Origin: the human T2T-CHM13v2.0 reference genome, Homo sapiens
Assembly (NCBI RefSeq): GCF_009914755.1
Contig: NC_060927.1
Strand: one strand, 5' to 3'
DNA length: 64,000 nucleotides
The notes beneath the pieces were generated by a model, which did not search any database, was not told where the DNA came from, and worked only from the letters and a program-made list of their open reading frames with translations. Shown here one piece after another: positions 1 through 12,339 of this stretch. A program made the translations under genes and the position numbers. Numbering within the stretch: position 1 is the first letter of the stretch; the number at the start of each line of letters is the position of its first letter.

Positions 1-719
1 ACATTTTGCAGTCTAGTCCCATAAGCTTGGATGAGCTGAATTCTAGAGCCTCATTTCTTCGTGCATTGAATCCCAAAACCAAGTTTTCCAACTTTTAAAA
101 CATGTATTTCAGCTTAAAAGGGCTTTTTCTTGCTCTGATCGCCCTTATATTCATGCCGTGATTTAGAGTCAATCAGCAAAGACTATTTTCAATTTCCTTA
201 TGTTCTTCTTTCTTCATCCTTGTGTCCAGGCCAGGGCAGTACCCCCTACCCCAGTCACTAACCACCATCAGGCATCAGCATCAGTCTGCTCTCCCAAGGG
301 TATCTGCTATTAGTCACATACATCTCAACATGAGTTTCACTATTTTTCTTTCTCTTAGGGAATTATTTTAAAATCTATCCAAGGACTGAAAGATTTTCCC
401 CAATTACAGGAAGGTAGGCCTCAGTAGTGGGTGGAGGATAAAATTTCATACAAGAAGACCTTCATATTATGCTCCAAATCACACCACATATGTAATAGCC
501 CAGTCTGCCTAATATGTGAGGCCAGCCCTGCTTCTATTTCCTGTACTGGAGGAAATTCCTTCCCCGAAGGTTCCACTGTGTCAAAGATACACATCCACAA
601 ACACATGCACAGAGATGTTCTCTGTAGCTTAGGCAGTCTCTCCCCTGTTCTCCCAGTCCCCTGCTTCTGGCACAAATAGAATCCCCATGACTTTGCCAAG
701 ACTGGTTGTCATTACTGTG

Positions 720-1091
720 TGATATGGTTTGCCTGTGTCCCCACCCAAATCCTCATCTTTAATTATAATCCAAATTGTAACCCCCACATGTTGCAAGAAA
801 AATCTCATGGGAGGTGATTAGATCGTGGGGGTGGTTCCCCCATTCTGCTCTTGTGATAGTGAGCGAGTTCTTATGAGGTGGTTTTATAGGGGGCTTCTCC
901 CCAGTTCCCTCTGTACTTCTCTCTCCTGCCATCATGTGAAGAAGGATGTGTTTACTTTCACTTCCTCCATTATTGTAAGTTTCCTGAGGCCTCTTCAGCC
1001 ATGCAGAACTGTGAGTCAATGAAACCTTTTTCGTTTATAAATTACCCAGTCTCGGGCAGTTTTTATAGCAGCGTGAGAATGGACTAATGCA
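720..1091 (+). mobile_element. THE1/MST-type MaLR solo LTR (THE1D/MSTA-like)
   Basis: Starts TGATATGGTTTGCCTGTGTCCCCACCCAAATC, ends GGACTAATGCA; 5-bp TSD ctgtg/ctatg. Confidence 0.9.
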
Positions 1092-3297
1092 CTATGGTTG
1101 ACTGTTTTCTTCATTTTATATCATAAATGAGCATCTGCTTTGTCACTGGGTCAGAACCTAATTACTTTTAAAGTGTGGTAAAGGAAGTTAGTATAGGAAT
1201 AAAGGCTCGTGTTCTCTTTTGTAAAATGAAAATCCTTTTGCAATGGGGATAATCCATTTATTGATTCAAGAAGCATTTGTTTGTTCCCTTAATACAATCC
1301 TGTAGATTCTTAAGAAGACAGTAGATGACATTCCAGTGGGGATCCAATCTATGGCTGCAGTATTGGGTGTGGTATGAGGGGGTGGGAATCGCCAGATCTA
1401 AAATCTGTGAATCTGTGAAATCTTTGAAATGGTTGCTCAGACATTTGAAAGTTCAGGTGCTTGAATCAAATTATAAGGCAACAGGACCCAGAACTGAAAC
1501 AACAAATGCCCATTTACAATCTTTGCTTGCTACCTTTTCACCTTGGCTCCACGACAGTTTCCTCTTCTAACAAGACTCTAAAACTGCATGTTGCTAGCAT
1601 GGAGTGAGCACCCACCCACCTGTTTCACCATCACTCTGTCCTGATGGCAGGCTTCATAACAGAAGACAACATCTTATATCATGGTATCTCTATCCAAGAC
1701 CACCTCTGACATCCTCCCCTCCACCACCTTGTTGACATCTCTCATAGATTGAATGCGTCATCTGGATGACAGTTTTTGAAACTTTGTCTGAAGTCCAGAA
1801 AAAAGAGTCAGGAGTTAGACAAAGGCTGAGGGTTAATGAACCTCTTTTTACTACACGCACACCTTGCAATCTCTGGCTTTGACAGCCCACGTGATTCTGC
1901 CTCTTGCCTTGTGGCAGATTAGAGTGGGGGTGGACAGGAAGAAAGATAATAACTTTGGAAGGCTGAATGGAGCACATTTCAGAAGACCAAATCTTTCTTT
2001 AATGGTGCCAAGAACACTACCTGCCAGAAATCCACGCTAATCTCAGAAAATAATAATAGCTAGAGGAGTTTCACTCATGCAAAATGAACTTGCAAATGCA
2101 GATATTATGTGGAAACTAAAAAGCGAGCTACAGAATTCTGCCTCCAACACAAAGCTTTGCCATGGCCATTGGGTTCCTAAAAGTCAAAGAGTGAGGAATT
2201 AGATCTAATGAAGAAGATGGGATGTGGGGTAGGGAGGGGGCATGAATTGTGAAAGCACCTATGCATGTTTTGTCTCCAAAGTAAAACACTGAAGAACATA
2301 CTAAATAATGAGCATACCAATGACATCTTAAAATGGCAATAGTGGGTACTTCCCCTGATTGGGTTTCATTTACTCATTTATTCATTGCTTGCTAGAAACT
2401 TCTTGAACTCTCCCTTCCCAGATGTTTTGATAAAATGCTTCTAAGTTCATATATATCTTTTGTAGATGGCATGCATGTAATGAGGCACTTACTTATTTTG
2501 CTACATTTAAGTAAACAATGATTTTCTGCCTTTGACCCCAGGTTACTGAAGCCTGGGGCCCCTAATGGTTCTGAAGAGTTTGAGATTAGATGCTTGAGAT
2601 GGAGGAAGTCAGGAGTAAAGTTGCCAAAAATCTAGTTAAGTGTTTCACAAAACCCTGGACTCAACAGCAATCCCTGCCCCTACCTGTCCTGTACATACCT
2701 GAGCTCCTCTCAGACCCTGCAGTAGATTTATTCCTTGTTTGCTCAGCATCCCTTGCTTTGCTCATAAACTGAGAGAATTAGTGCTGAGGAAAAGGTACTC
2801 AGGATGCTTCAGGTGCAGAGAGAGAGGCCAGTAAGAAGGACCAATAACAGGATGGAGAGACGCCAACAGGGAAGACTTCCCAGAGTGGGGGACAAACACT
2901 AAGTATTGAAGTGTGATTTAAAGTGGATGCAAGAGCTTGTCAAAATAAAATTTTCAAAAGTGTTTGTGTGTGAGAGAGAGAGAAAGAAAGAGAGGGTTTA
3001 ATTTAACCTTTTAATGAAAGAACCAGCAGGATAACAAAATCAGTACAAAGAGAACATAAGAACTGAGATTTTATAGTCTGTGAAATAAAAAGGAAAGCTG
3101 AGAAGAGATACCTAAGTGAGATACAAAGCTGGTTCATTCTGCAGGGCAATAAAACTGTAACTTTTAAGATTCTTTACTACTAGCATTTCCCCTTGTCAGT
3201 TTTCTATAAGTTCACCTCTAACCTTTAAAGAGTACAAAATATCTGCACCCTAATCAATAGTAAATAGTATATCAAACACAGTCAAGTCTTCCTAGAG

Positions 3298-3491
3298 CAG
3301 AGGTCAGCAAACTAGTTCTGTTAGGGCCCACGTAGTAAATGTTTTAAACTCTGTGGGCCAAAAGGTCTCTATCACAACTACTCAGTCAGACCATTGTAGC
3401 ACAAAGCAGCATAGGCAGTATTTAAATGAACGGGTGTGAAAAACAGTGGTGGGCTGCATTTGTCCTGCAGGCTCTAGAGGCCCGACCTCTG
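3298..3491 (+). mobile_element. MER58A-like hAT-Charlie MITE
   Basis: CAGAGGTCAGCAAAC...GGGCC...GTAAATGTTTTA...CCGACCTCTG terminal inverted repeats. Confidence 0.8.
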
Positions 3492-3799
3492 TTGGTGGAG
3501 CAAAGATATATAGCCTTAAAGGGTCATATAATCATCTTTGAAAACTTATATTCAGGTTTTGTTTTGTTTTTTTTTTTTCTTAATAGGCTTAAAGCAAATG
3601 AAACAGCAAGTGCAAAGGCATTGATGCATAAACTCACACATTTTATTTGAGGAGATATAAACAAGTAAAAATTCCAAGAGTACTGATATGTGTAGATTAG
3701 TGATACAGAGAAGGACAAAACTGGAAAGTTAGAAAGGAAATTTACCATCTTTTCTTCCTGTAGAGAATAAATGTGCCTGAGTAATATACCTTGGCAAGA

Positions 3800-3965
3800 A
3801 AATGAGACAGACCTGGTTCTAATCCCAATGAGTAGGCTGAGAAGATTGAGCTAATCTTCCTAAACCTTGGTTTTTCTGCTTAAAAACTAAAGATAATAGT
3901 TGGATCTTCCAGACGGTTGCTGTGACATTTAAAAGAGATGAGGTATTTACCAATACTCAGTAAGT
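3800..3965 (+). mobile_element. MIR
   Basis: agacctggttctaatccc...gataatag...gttgctgtgacatttaaa resembles MIR core. Confidence 0.55.
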
Positions 3966-4657
3966 GATATCTCTTAATTATAAAGTTATCATTACTATTC
4001 TTTATCAATCAAAGCCAAAGGGAGGTCCTAGGGCTACAGACGAATCCACAAACATTTGTTGGAAAAGCACAGGTGTTAGGACCAAAAAGGCAGGATGGAA
4101 GTCCCTATTGCTCAGTTTCTTCCCATTACAATACAGTCTTTGGTCCTTGAGGCTTTGTCCTAAGACAACTCAATCTTTCCCTCCAATATCAAGCTGGACT
4201 CAGAAACCAGGGCTTTTCTGGAATTGCTGTTAAGAATCTCTCACCCCTATTGTAGCAGCAGTTTATTAACTAGGATTCTGGAACAATTACCTTGTAAACA
4301 AGGGCACAGTAAATGTACGTTACAGTAGAGCTGCTTGGGTTAGCAAATACATTTGCATTCCGACAATGGATGTGCTCATTAACAATGATACTTACCTACT
4401 CATAAAAGCCTCTAAGACCCTGTAAGAAATACAGCAGTCTTTTCCCTTATGCCCCTGTCAGCATGTCCTGTGCTTCCTCAGAGCTGCTCTCTAAAATGAT
4501 ATCTATTTCTGGGACTTTTTTTTCTCTAACTGTTGGGGCCTGTTATCTTCTTCAGAGCAGGGAAATTCATCTCTTTCTACCCAACCTCCTGCCATCTCCA
4601 GTCAGGCTACATCTTTTCAGAAATTCAATCTCTGCCTTACTCAAGTTGCTAGTAATA

Positions 4658-5463
4658 CAGTTGGCCCTCCATATCCATAAGTTCCTCAACTGTGGATTTA
4701 ACCAAACTTGCATGGTAAATATTTGGAAAAAAATTATATCTGTACTGAACCTGTGTAAACTGTTTTTCTTGTCATTATTCCCTTAACAATATAGCATAAC
4801 AGCTATTTACATGGGATTTATATTGTATCAGATATTAAAACTTATTATAAGTAATCTAGAGATTACTTAAAGCATACAGGAGGATGTGCATAGGTTATAT
4901 GCAAATACTATGCTATTTTTATCAGTAACTTGAGCAACTGTGAATTTTGGTATCTAAGTGTGTTGGGGTTCTGTAGAGGGACACAACTAATGGAATATAT
5001 ATATGTATGTTTACACATATATATATATATATATATATGTTTATTAAGTTTTAACTCACATGATCACAAGGTCCCACAGTAAAGCCATCTGCAGGCTGAG
5101 AAGCAAGGAAAGCCAGTCCAAGTTCCAAAACTGAAGAAACTGGAGTCCGATGTTCCAGGGCGTGAAGCATCCAGCATGGGAGAAAGACGTATACTGGGAG
5201 TCTAGGCCAGTCTCGCCTTTTGACATTTTTCTGCCTGTTTTATATTTGCTGGCAGCTGATTAGATGGTGCCCACCAGATTAAGGGGTGGGTCTGCCTTCC
5301 CCAGCCCACTGACTCAAACGTTAATCTCCTTTGACAACACCCTCACAGACATACCCAGGATCAATACTTCGCATCCTTCAATCCAATCAAGTTGATACTC
5401 AGTATTAACCATCACACCAATGAGGTCCTAGAATCAATTCCCATGGATATCAAGGGATGATTG
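4658..5463 (-). mobile_element. MER2 (TcMar-Tigger MITE), interrupted by an LTR at 4959-5416
   Basis: TA|CAGTTGGCCCTCCATATCC...GGATATCAAGGGATGATTG|TA TIRs with TA target duplication; halves join across the LTR. Confidence 0.85.
4959..5416 (-). mobile_element. MLT2A (HERV-L) solo LTR with internal (TA)n
   Basis: Minus strand begins TGTGATGGTTAATACTGAGTATCAACTTGATTGGATTGAAGGATGC, the MLT2A start. Confidence 0.88.
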
Positions 5464-7069
5464 TATCTACCTCTCATAGCAGATCTAATGCTTACTGAGA
5501 TGGCCAAAATAAAATATTAATAATTAATGATAATATCTATTCTGGGCCATTTATGTATTTTTCAATTCTAAATAGTAATACTCAAAGATTAATGATATGA
5601 ATGCTAGGTGGTGTTGTCCATCTTTTCCTGGGTTCAACTAAACAGGCTGCTTTGTGATTGTAGGCAGAGGGACAACGCCAAAATGCTGAGGTCACATCAG
5701 ACCATAGAGGTGCTGAACTACAAGAGTGGGCCTAAGGCAGATCTAAGGCTGAGCCTACTGGAAAATGTTTAGCTTGGGAAATCAGCTCAATATTCACCCA
5801 TCACACATTAAGTACTCAAGAATATGCTGGCTTGTTCTGTAATGGCTCCTTCCATCTAGAGAATAACTAGGCTCAGAACCTTGAATTTCAGAAGGAAAGG
5901 GATGGAGGATGTAAGGCCAGACAAGGTATGAAAGACCCTTCTGAAAATGGCAAATGGAGCTTCTCACATCTGACAACATCCTGGTTCCATAGGATGTTAC
6001 CCAGAGTTGCATGGATTAGGATGGAACTTTGGGCTACTCAAGGGCACTGTAACTCCACCTGGGAGTGCACCTCCTGTTTGTTTATCAAGCTTTGTAAGAT
6101 TCCGTACATATAATGGTTAAAGACATCTCATGCCCTTTAATTGTAAAGAAATTCTGCATTCATTGTCAGTTGGTGATATCTTTCTACGATTCACACTGCC
6201 GTCTTCTCATGACAACCACGTATGCTTTATTTCTGTGTCACTCCATTCATGATTCCACCCACATTGACAAATTTCCTAGAGCTCTGAGTGGCACTCTTGG
6301 TGGAAAAGGATCTCTGTCTTTTACAAAATCCTCCCCAACTCCCCTCCATAGGCATCTCCTAAGACATGGCAGGAGACCATTTCCAAATAGTGCCACCCTA
6401 GCCTACATTGTAGCCACAGGCATGTCTGGACTTTAATGGGGGAGGGCTGTATCTGGAGTGAGCCTGGCTGAATTAGGCTTGGTCCATGGTTAGTGGGAAT
6501 CAAGCATGAAAAAAGTAACTCCTTTTAACTACCTTTTGTATAAGACAGACTCCAAAACAGACTTTGCTTTCTCTCTGCTTCCCTGCCATGTTTCCCTCAC
6601 TGTCTTCGAAGTTGCCGGGTCAACATTTACCTTTATAAGGTAGCACTTCTGGAGAATGGTGCCCCTGCTCTTGCACCTACTATTCTCCTGCTAGTTGTCA
6701 GACACTCTTCAGGGTGTGAGGTGGCTCTTCAAACACCTTCATTTGCTCCACCCCATGTGACACTCTAGGAGGCATCTGAAGAAGCTCAAGACCTGGTCCC
6801 ATCCTTATGGGATCTAGACTTAGTTGGTAGGGGAAGGAGCTGCACCCAGCTCTCACTGTGTTATCAGAAGACCAGATGAGCAGTTGTATAAGCCCAGGGT
6901 GTTTTACACAAAGAAAGTGGCATTGGTTTTAAATTGTGCATGGATAAAAAAAGTAATGACACTTCTTAGAATGTCATTTTTTATTTAACAAAGACATTTC
7001 TTACTCAATTTTTTGAACCTAAATATGAAACTTCACTCCACTGGTAGTTGAAGTTGGACTATAATTGGA

Positions 7070-7253
7070 CTCAGGAAATTTGTCTACAATTTTCTGTACA
7101 TTTTAGTCATTTGAGTCTTGTTTTCTTTATCTGTTAAATGGGAATATTAATATCAATTTCATAGGATTGTTGTGAGGCTTAATGAGAAAATGCCCTCAGC
7201 ATATAGCATAGTTCCTGAGATGATGCCTGGAATAAGGAAGTTGCTCAGTAAAT
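7070..7253 (+). mobile_element. MIR
   Basis: ttttctttatctgttaaatgggaatattaata...ataggattgttgtgagg...gctcagtaaat. Confidence 0.7.
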
Positions 7254-7771
7254 ACGTCAGTAGGTGGAGGGCTGTCAACAATATGGGCTTATCAGACACA
7301 ATGTTGGGACAGCAAGCATTTGCTGCTAAATTTCAGGGATGAAGGGTTAGTGTGGATTGGAGCATCCCAGGAAGTGTCCTGGGGAAGGAAAGTTGTGCTG
7401 TGCAGCATGGGTCAGAAAATTTGAAAGGCAATCTGGCTGGTGCCAAGCATGGGGAAGTGACTAAGAAGGCAGGCTCATAGCACCTCGCATTCCCAGGAGC
7501 AATGGGGATGCCATGGCTGTATCAGTGGCTGCCTCACAGGATTAGTCCTGGAGGCCACAGCCTGCCAAGGGACTGTCATGTTCAGGATGTCACAGAGAAA
7601 AGAGGCTTTTATTTCATTCAAGGGCTGCATTTATTTTTCAGTAGGCGAGCATGTGCTTTTTGCCTTCTAAAAATGTAAATTAATATAAGCTTTTGTGTTT
7701 GAATAAAAAATGAATGAAAAGTTGACCATAAATATTTTTGAGTATTTTGCAAAACTCACCTTAGTGAAGAC

Positions 7772-7975
7772 ACAGCTCAGGCATCACCACTTCCTTCCAG
7801 AAATCTTCCAGGGTCCTTCATGCTGGGGTAGGGAGCCTTCCATTCTGTGGTATCTCCACCATGCAGATTTGTCACACTGAGTTCTGATTGCCTGTTTTTC
7901 CCATTGACTGTGAGCTCTTAGAGGGAAGAGACTGGCCAGCAGTTTGCAGAGCCTTGGACCTACAGCTCAATAAAC
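7772..7975 (+). mobile_element. L2 3' end fragment
   Basis: gactgtgagctcttagagggaagagac...ctcaataaa. Confidence 0.55.
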
Positions 7976-8251
7976 ATGGGAACTTAAAAAGAAGATGAGA
8001 ATAGAAACAAATCATCATCAGAGGGAGCAGAAAGCAGAACGTGTGCTGGGAGTCAGCAGAGCAGAGATCACCCCATTGGACAGATCAGGGTAGATTCACA
8101 AAGCAGTCTGCATTTGTACTTTTACCTGGAGATATCTTTGCACCAAAACTTCTATGACTGACAAAACTCTCTGTGAGGCAAGCCCTACATGGACCTGAGC
8201 TGGGTGACATGTTAGAAAACAATTATCCTTAATTAAAAAGAAAAATTCCAG

Positions 8252-8638
<387 letters not shown>

Positions 8639-8719
8639 TTAAAATGCACTGGGTACCAGTTACTCTGTGGAGACCATGCTCTGCATTGTGTCTCAGTCTG
8701 ATAGCATGCCAGTGATATA

Positions 8720-8990
8720 GTTGGCATGACCCTCCATTTTACAGGTGAAGAAACCGAGGCTGACAGAAGAAAGCAGCCCTGGGCCACAGGGATAGTACAA
8801 AGCAAAGCAAAGGCACAGAAGAAAGGTCCAGTCTAGAAACTCAACTCAACCATGTAACCATTGTGAGTCTTGAGCAAGTCCCCTCTCTTGAACCTCAATC
8901 TGGAAAATGGAGATGAAATGAGATATTTTATGCTAAAGCTCCTAGTGAAGGGTCGGGAATATAGTAAGTGACTAACAGATTTTCATTTTT
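8720..8990. mobile_element. Two MIR fragments in opposite orientation
   Basis: ccattttacaggtgaagaaaccgaggc (minus core) then tcttgagcaagtccc...gaaaatggagatg (plus). Confidence 0.6.
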
Positions 8991-11679
8991 CTTAAATTGC
9001 CAGAAATATTACCAATTATATTCATTATAGCCCACGAATCTTCTAAAGTTGCAACAATGGTTACCTTCCAAGGGATATATGCATCAGATGGTTAAAGAAT
9101 GTCTTGCCAGGAAGGAGCCAGAAAGATGAACTCACCCTGCATTTCCGAATGCAGCCCCTGGGCCAACAACATCAGAGCCACATCCACAGACACCCCCTCC
9201 AGACGTCTTTCCAATGGACACATGCCCATGCATTCATACCTGTTATTCCTGCATATTCCAGATGCGCAGATGTGGGGTGGGGACAGACCCACAGAGGCCC
9301 TCTGGGAGAGGTTGCCATGACCTGGAGTGCTCACTTTAGCACTCGCCCTGTTGACCCAAGATGGTCCCTTTTGTGAGGGAGGCAAGCAGAGGCAGGAACA
9401 CTGAGCCCAGGCAGAAAAGAGGCCGCCAGGAAAGAGAGAGCAGGGCAGAGACTCCACTATCTGTCTCATTTTGTGTTTTTCTCAACATGCCTTTAGAATG
9501 AGATTCAGAGACAGGGTTAGTCCTATGCAGAGTGCAGAGGAGTATGGTTTAGATGCTATCATCTTCAGCATGGCCCAGGGTCACCAATATGTTCTAGTCA
9601 GCTCCAATGCTGAGCTGACCAACCTCAATGACTTTATGCTTAGGAAAAATTTGAGTTTCTGGATTACATGTCAGGAATGCAGATGCTTTTATGGATTCTA
9701 ACAGCCCATAGCAAGGGGTTAATGTAAAGTGCCCTGGCAAGAATGTCTCTCCCTGTTATAGCATGAGCCAGGCTGACACTGAGGGAGGCTACTCATGTCA
9801 CATGGGGGTTAAGCTGTCTTTGATCCTCCATCAGAGCTGATGGCTGGTGAGTGCTTGCTGGGCAGGGTAGGACTCCCCAGGCTCTGTGTTAGAAGGTGGC
9901 CAACCAATGGGTCTCCTCGACTTGGAATTCTGTGAATCCTGCCTCTCCAGTCTCTCAAAGTGTTAGGGAGACATGGCCAAGCCCCCCCTCCATCTGTCCT
10001 TGGGAAAACTTTCTGGAAGCTTCCTGGCTTTAGGAAGCATTTAAAGCTCCCAGAGGTGGCTCTGGGCTGGGGTCAGCAGCTTCACAGGGCTCTGGTCCCG
10101 GTGTGTGGCTAAACAGCTGGTGACCTTGGGAAAGACTCTGAACTGTCCTTTTGGGGGAATTTTTAATCTATAAAATTTTTCATCCATAAAATGCCTGAAA
10201 GACCTACCACACTGTAGTATTAGTAATTTAAAGATCATTCCCTTAATGAATACTAAAGCACTTAGAAAAACATAAGGCATTATCAAAGGCAAGGTATCAG
10301 AAATGCCTTTCAGCCATGGAAATGTGATTAGAGACCATGACCCTTTCTTGGGTCATATCTTGCATATTTGAATCTCTGCACAGACCTAGAAGGGACCCAA
10401 GAGATTATTTTAGATTAATATTATTCTAGTTCTCAATACTGGCAACTTATTACCTGGGAGCATTCTCAGAAGTATCAATCCTTTACCAATGCCCCCACCT
10501 CTTCACTCCAATCCCCCAACTCCCTTATTTTGATCCCATTAGTCTGGGGGTGAGATAACAACACCTGTGTTTTTTTAATGCCCCAGATGACGACACCTGG
10601 GAAGAGAGAGGCGGATTTGTAGGTAACAATGCAACAGGGATCAGGGAATGGCAGGAATTCCCTGCATGGGTACACACCAAGGCTGTCACAGGTGGTGGAA
10701 CAAATGAGAGAGCAGAGGCCACAGCTAAATCACCTCCCAGGCAGGACTGGCATCCAAACCCTCTTCCAACATTCAGACATCTATACCAAGAGCAAAGATC
10801 CTGTCGTTCAAAGTGTCACCTCTCATCTGCCATCACCCAGTGTCCCACCCATAACATCAGCCCCGTGAACTATTGCCAGAAGCAGGAGATGGCAGTTTCT
10901 TTGCTGGCATTTGTAGAAAAAAAAAAAAAAGGCTTTGGTTCTGCCTCCCACTTGAGACCCTAAATTCTTCAGAATAGGGGCTGCACCTCCTCATTTCTGC
11001 ATCCATTGATAGAGGAAATCAAACAGAAAACATGTTTGGTGGGCGAGTGAGTGAGTGAATGAACAAAAACGTTGGAACTTCTCAAATGCAAGGCTTAAAT
11101 TTAAACCATGTATGTCACATAATGAAGCCATTTCTATGCTTAACTAGCTCTTCTGCTCTAAATTTTAATTGAGTCAGCATAAAAATAATTTTGATAGTTA
11201 GCCAGGGCTGCACTGATGCTAAACATTATGTGTACACACATTAAGAAAGGAGAAGGAAAAAGGAATGGGGCTTTTGATTCTCTGCCTAACTCACAATAAA
11301 CCATCTATGGTTGTAATTGTTTATAATAACTTAATGGCATAATTACTCCTGTGCAGGCTGTCCAGAGCAGCAGCAACACAGAATGATCTCAAATACATTG
11401 AACACGATTTAAAATGAAGGCGGACCTCACCTCTTGTCATTTGGGTAAGCTTAGTCACAATATTTTACCACTGACATTCACCAACCTCAACTTTAAAGGA
11501 AGATAATAATATCTACGTTGCTGAATTATGAAAAGAGAAACTTAATTACTCATTTCCAATTATATCCTCTTGCCCAGAACTAGTCACTTGACAGCAACCT
11601 AAGTGCAAGGGAGGTTTGGAAATGTGCAGTGAAGGTCTACTAGCTCTCTGTGGGTGGTGGAAGCTCAGCAGATACAGAT

Positions 11680-11765
11680 ATAAATATAGATAGATGTTGA
11701 TATAAATATATACACTTTATATATGTATTTATATGTAATATATATACACACATACATACATATTT

Positions 11766-11815
<50 letters not shown>
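11680..11815. repeat. (TA)-rich low complexity with a (CA)n microsatellite at 11769-11803
   Basis: Direct inspection. Confidence 0.95.
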
Positions 11816-11964
11816 GTTTCCTCATACAATTTCTCCCACTCCCATGCTGGGAACACATTTATAATTTAGGAGTATGTACTGGTAAAACTACTATCCTGGA
11901 AAGCAAGTTACCCAAGTTTGAGAACTCATCTCCCCCTGTAATCGTTCCTTTTTTCTCTCCTTTA

Positions 11965-12300
11965 TTCCTTCATTCACTCATTAATCAATAGATATTTTTC
12001 AGGCTCTCCCATGTGCCAAGTAGCTGTAGATGTGATTGAGGGTGGCCTCTGTTTTCATGGTGCTGACACCCTGGCAGGCAGGCTTAGGTGAGCATGGAGT
12101 AATAGACAATAAGTAAGTGAGAAAGTGACTTAATACACAGAAAAAATCCATATAGTGAAAAGTGATATACTAAAATAAAACTGGCTGGTGTGACAGCAAG
12201 TACCTGGGGAAAAGGAGAAGCATTTGAGTGATCAAGAAAGGTCTCTCAAAGGAGTTGTCATTTGAATAGAAACTCAGATGACTGAAAAAGTCATTCTTAC
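11965..12300 (-). mobile_element. L2 fragment; probably continues at ~15470-15670 beyond the L1
   Basis: ttcattcactcattaatcaatagatatt...atgtgccaag L2 tail in reverse; later aagggcaatgggcaaccatccaagattttaagc. Confidence 0.6.
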
Positions 12301-12339
12301 ACAGTCTTTGTCACTAAGTAATGAGAACGTGCTGTGCAA

